Source: Vitrella brassicaformis CCMP3155
Taxonomy: Eukaryota; Protista; Chromerida
DNA: 64,000 nucleotides
Reading direction: 5' to 3'
Assembly (NCBI GenBank): GCA_001179505.1
Contig: CDMY01000738.1
Location: 62,001 to 126,000, forward strand
Position numbers and translations under genes: made by a program. The notes under the pieces are model-generated. The model had not been told where the DNA came from, did no database searches, and saw only the letters and a list, made by a program, of their open reading frames with translations. Of the stretch, positions 63,427 to 64,000 are shown in pieces; the first letter of the stretch is position 1; each line of letters begins with the position of its first letter.

Positions 63427-63972
63427 TTAGATATATAGAGTGGGTTGGTCTCTCCTCCTTGTTGATGGTGATGCTGACGTTGCTGTTGGGTGGCTGGCGG
63501 CTGGTGCTGGTGTGGGTGTTGGTGTAGGGTGGAATGGCTGGTCCATCGACGGGTAGTAAGCTCCACGTGTGTCGTTGAGGGGGATCATCCACCTGTTGCA
63601 ACACACACACACACACACACACAGATACAAGGGGACGGTGGGTACCGCTGTGTGGGTGAGGGCGTGTGTGTCGCTTACACATGGTCCATGTTGCCGATGA
63701 AGAGGTAGTTGTTGTTCCAGCCACCGAAAGACAAATTCGACACTTGAGCTGCCGTTCACACAAACCAATCACACAAACAGCACATGTGTGTGCAGATAGC
63801 AGATTGCGCGTCTCAGTGAGCTGCCGTTGCTCACTTCCAGTGTAGAATTTGCCGAGCAGCCGTCCGTCCGGTGCGAAGACCTGCACGCCATCGCCCGCCC
63901 CAACGTACAGCCGTCCCATGGTGTCGACCTTGATGCCGTCTGGGATGCCCCACTTGTTGTCAGGCGATTCCA
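63427..63972 (-). CDS. SMP-30/gluconolactonase/LRE-family protein, C-terminal exons (gene continues beyond window)
   Basis: GIPDGIKVDTMGRLYVGAGDGVQVFAPDGRLLGKF followed by SNLSFGGWNNNYLFI, the typical last beta-propeller blades. Confidence 0.85.
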
Positions 63973-64000
63973 CTACACACACACACACGGCAGACAGGCA

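Overview
Eukaryotic, intron-dense genomic DNA with short introns rich in (CA/GT)n, (GACA)n and (GGAT)n and four 300-N assembly gaps. A CDPK6-type kinase, the intron style and several lineage-specific paralog families suggest a chromerid alveolate such as Vitrella brassicaformis (inference, not a database match). Recognisable genes: VWA-domain protein (partial), secreted GH1 beta-glucosidase, secreted Cys-containing protein, a 28-exon ankyrin array probably fused to an unknown ~400-aa N-terminal region, U-box protein, glutaredoxin-DEP-DUF547 protein, CDPK6-like kinase, a large LRR/Cys-rich/multi-pass membrane protein, a disrupted Ulp1/SENP protease, several lineage-specific family genes and pseudogenes, and an SMP-30/gluconolactonase (partial). 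Best leads: (1) the unknown-domain plus one-repeat-per-exon ankyrin gene, bracketed by a ~0.92 kb direct repeat pair; (2) a 1.56 kb element with 54-bp terminal inverted repeats and a 4-bp flanking duplication, carrying a spliced cargo ORF and a 129-bp near-perfect hairpin, just upstream of the LRR gene; (3) repeated stop codons at expected Trp positions in duplicated genes. Exon models were built by hand from GT/GC-AG signals and reading frame, so boundaries are approximate. No rRNA, tRNA or CRISPR array was seen.
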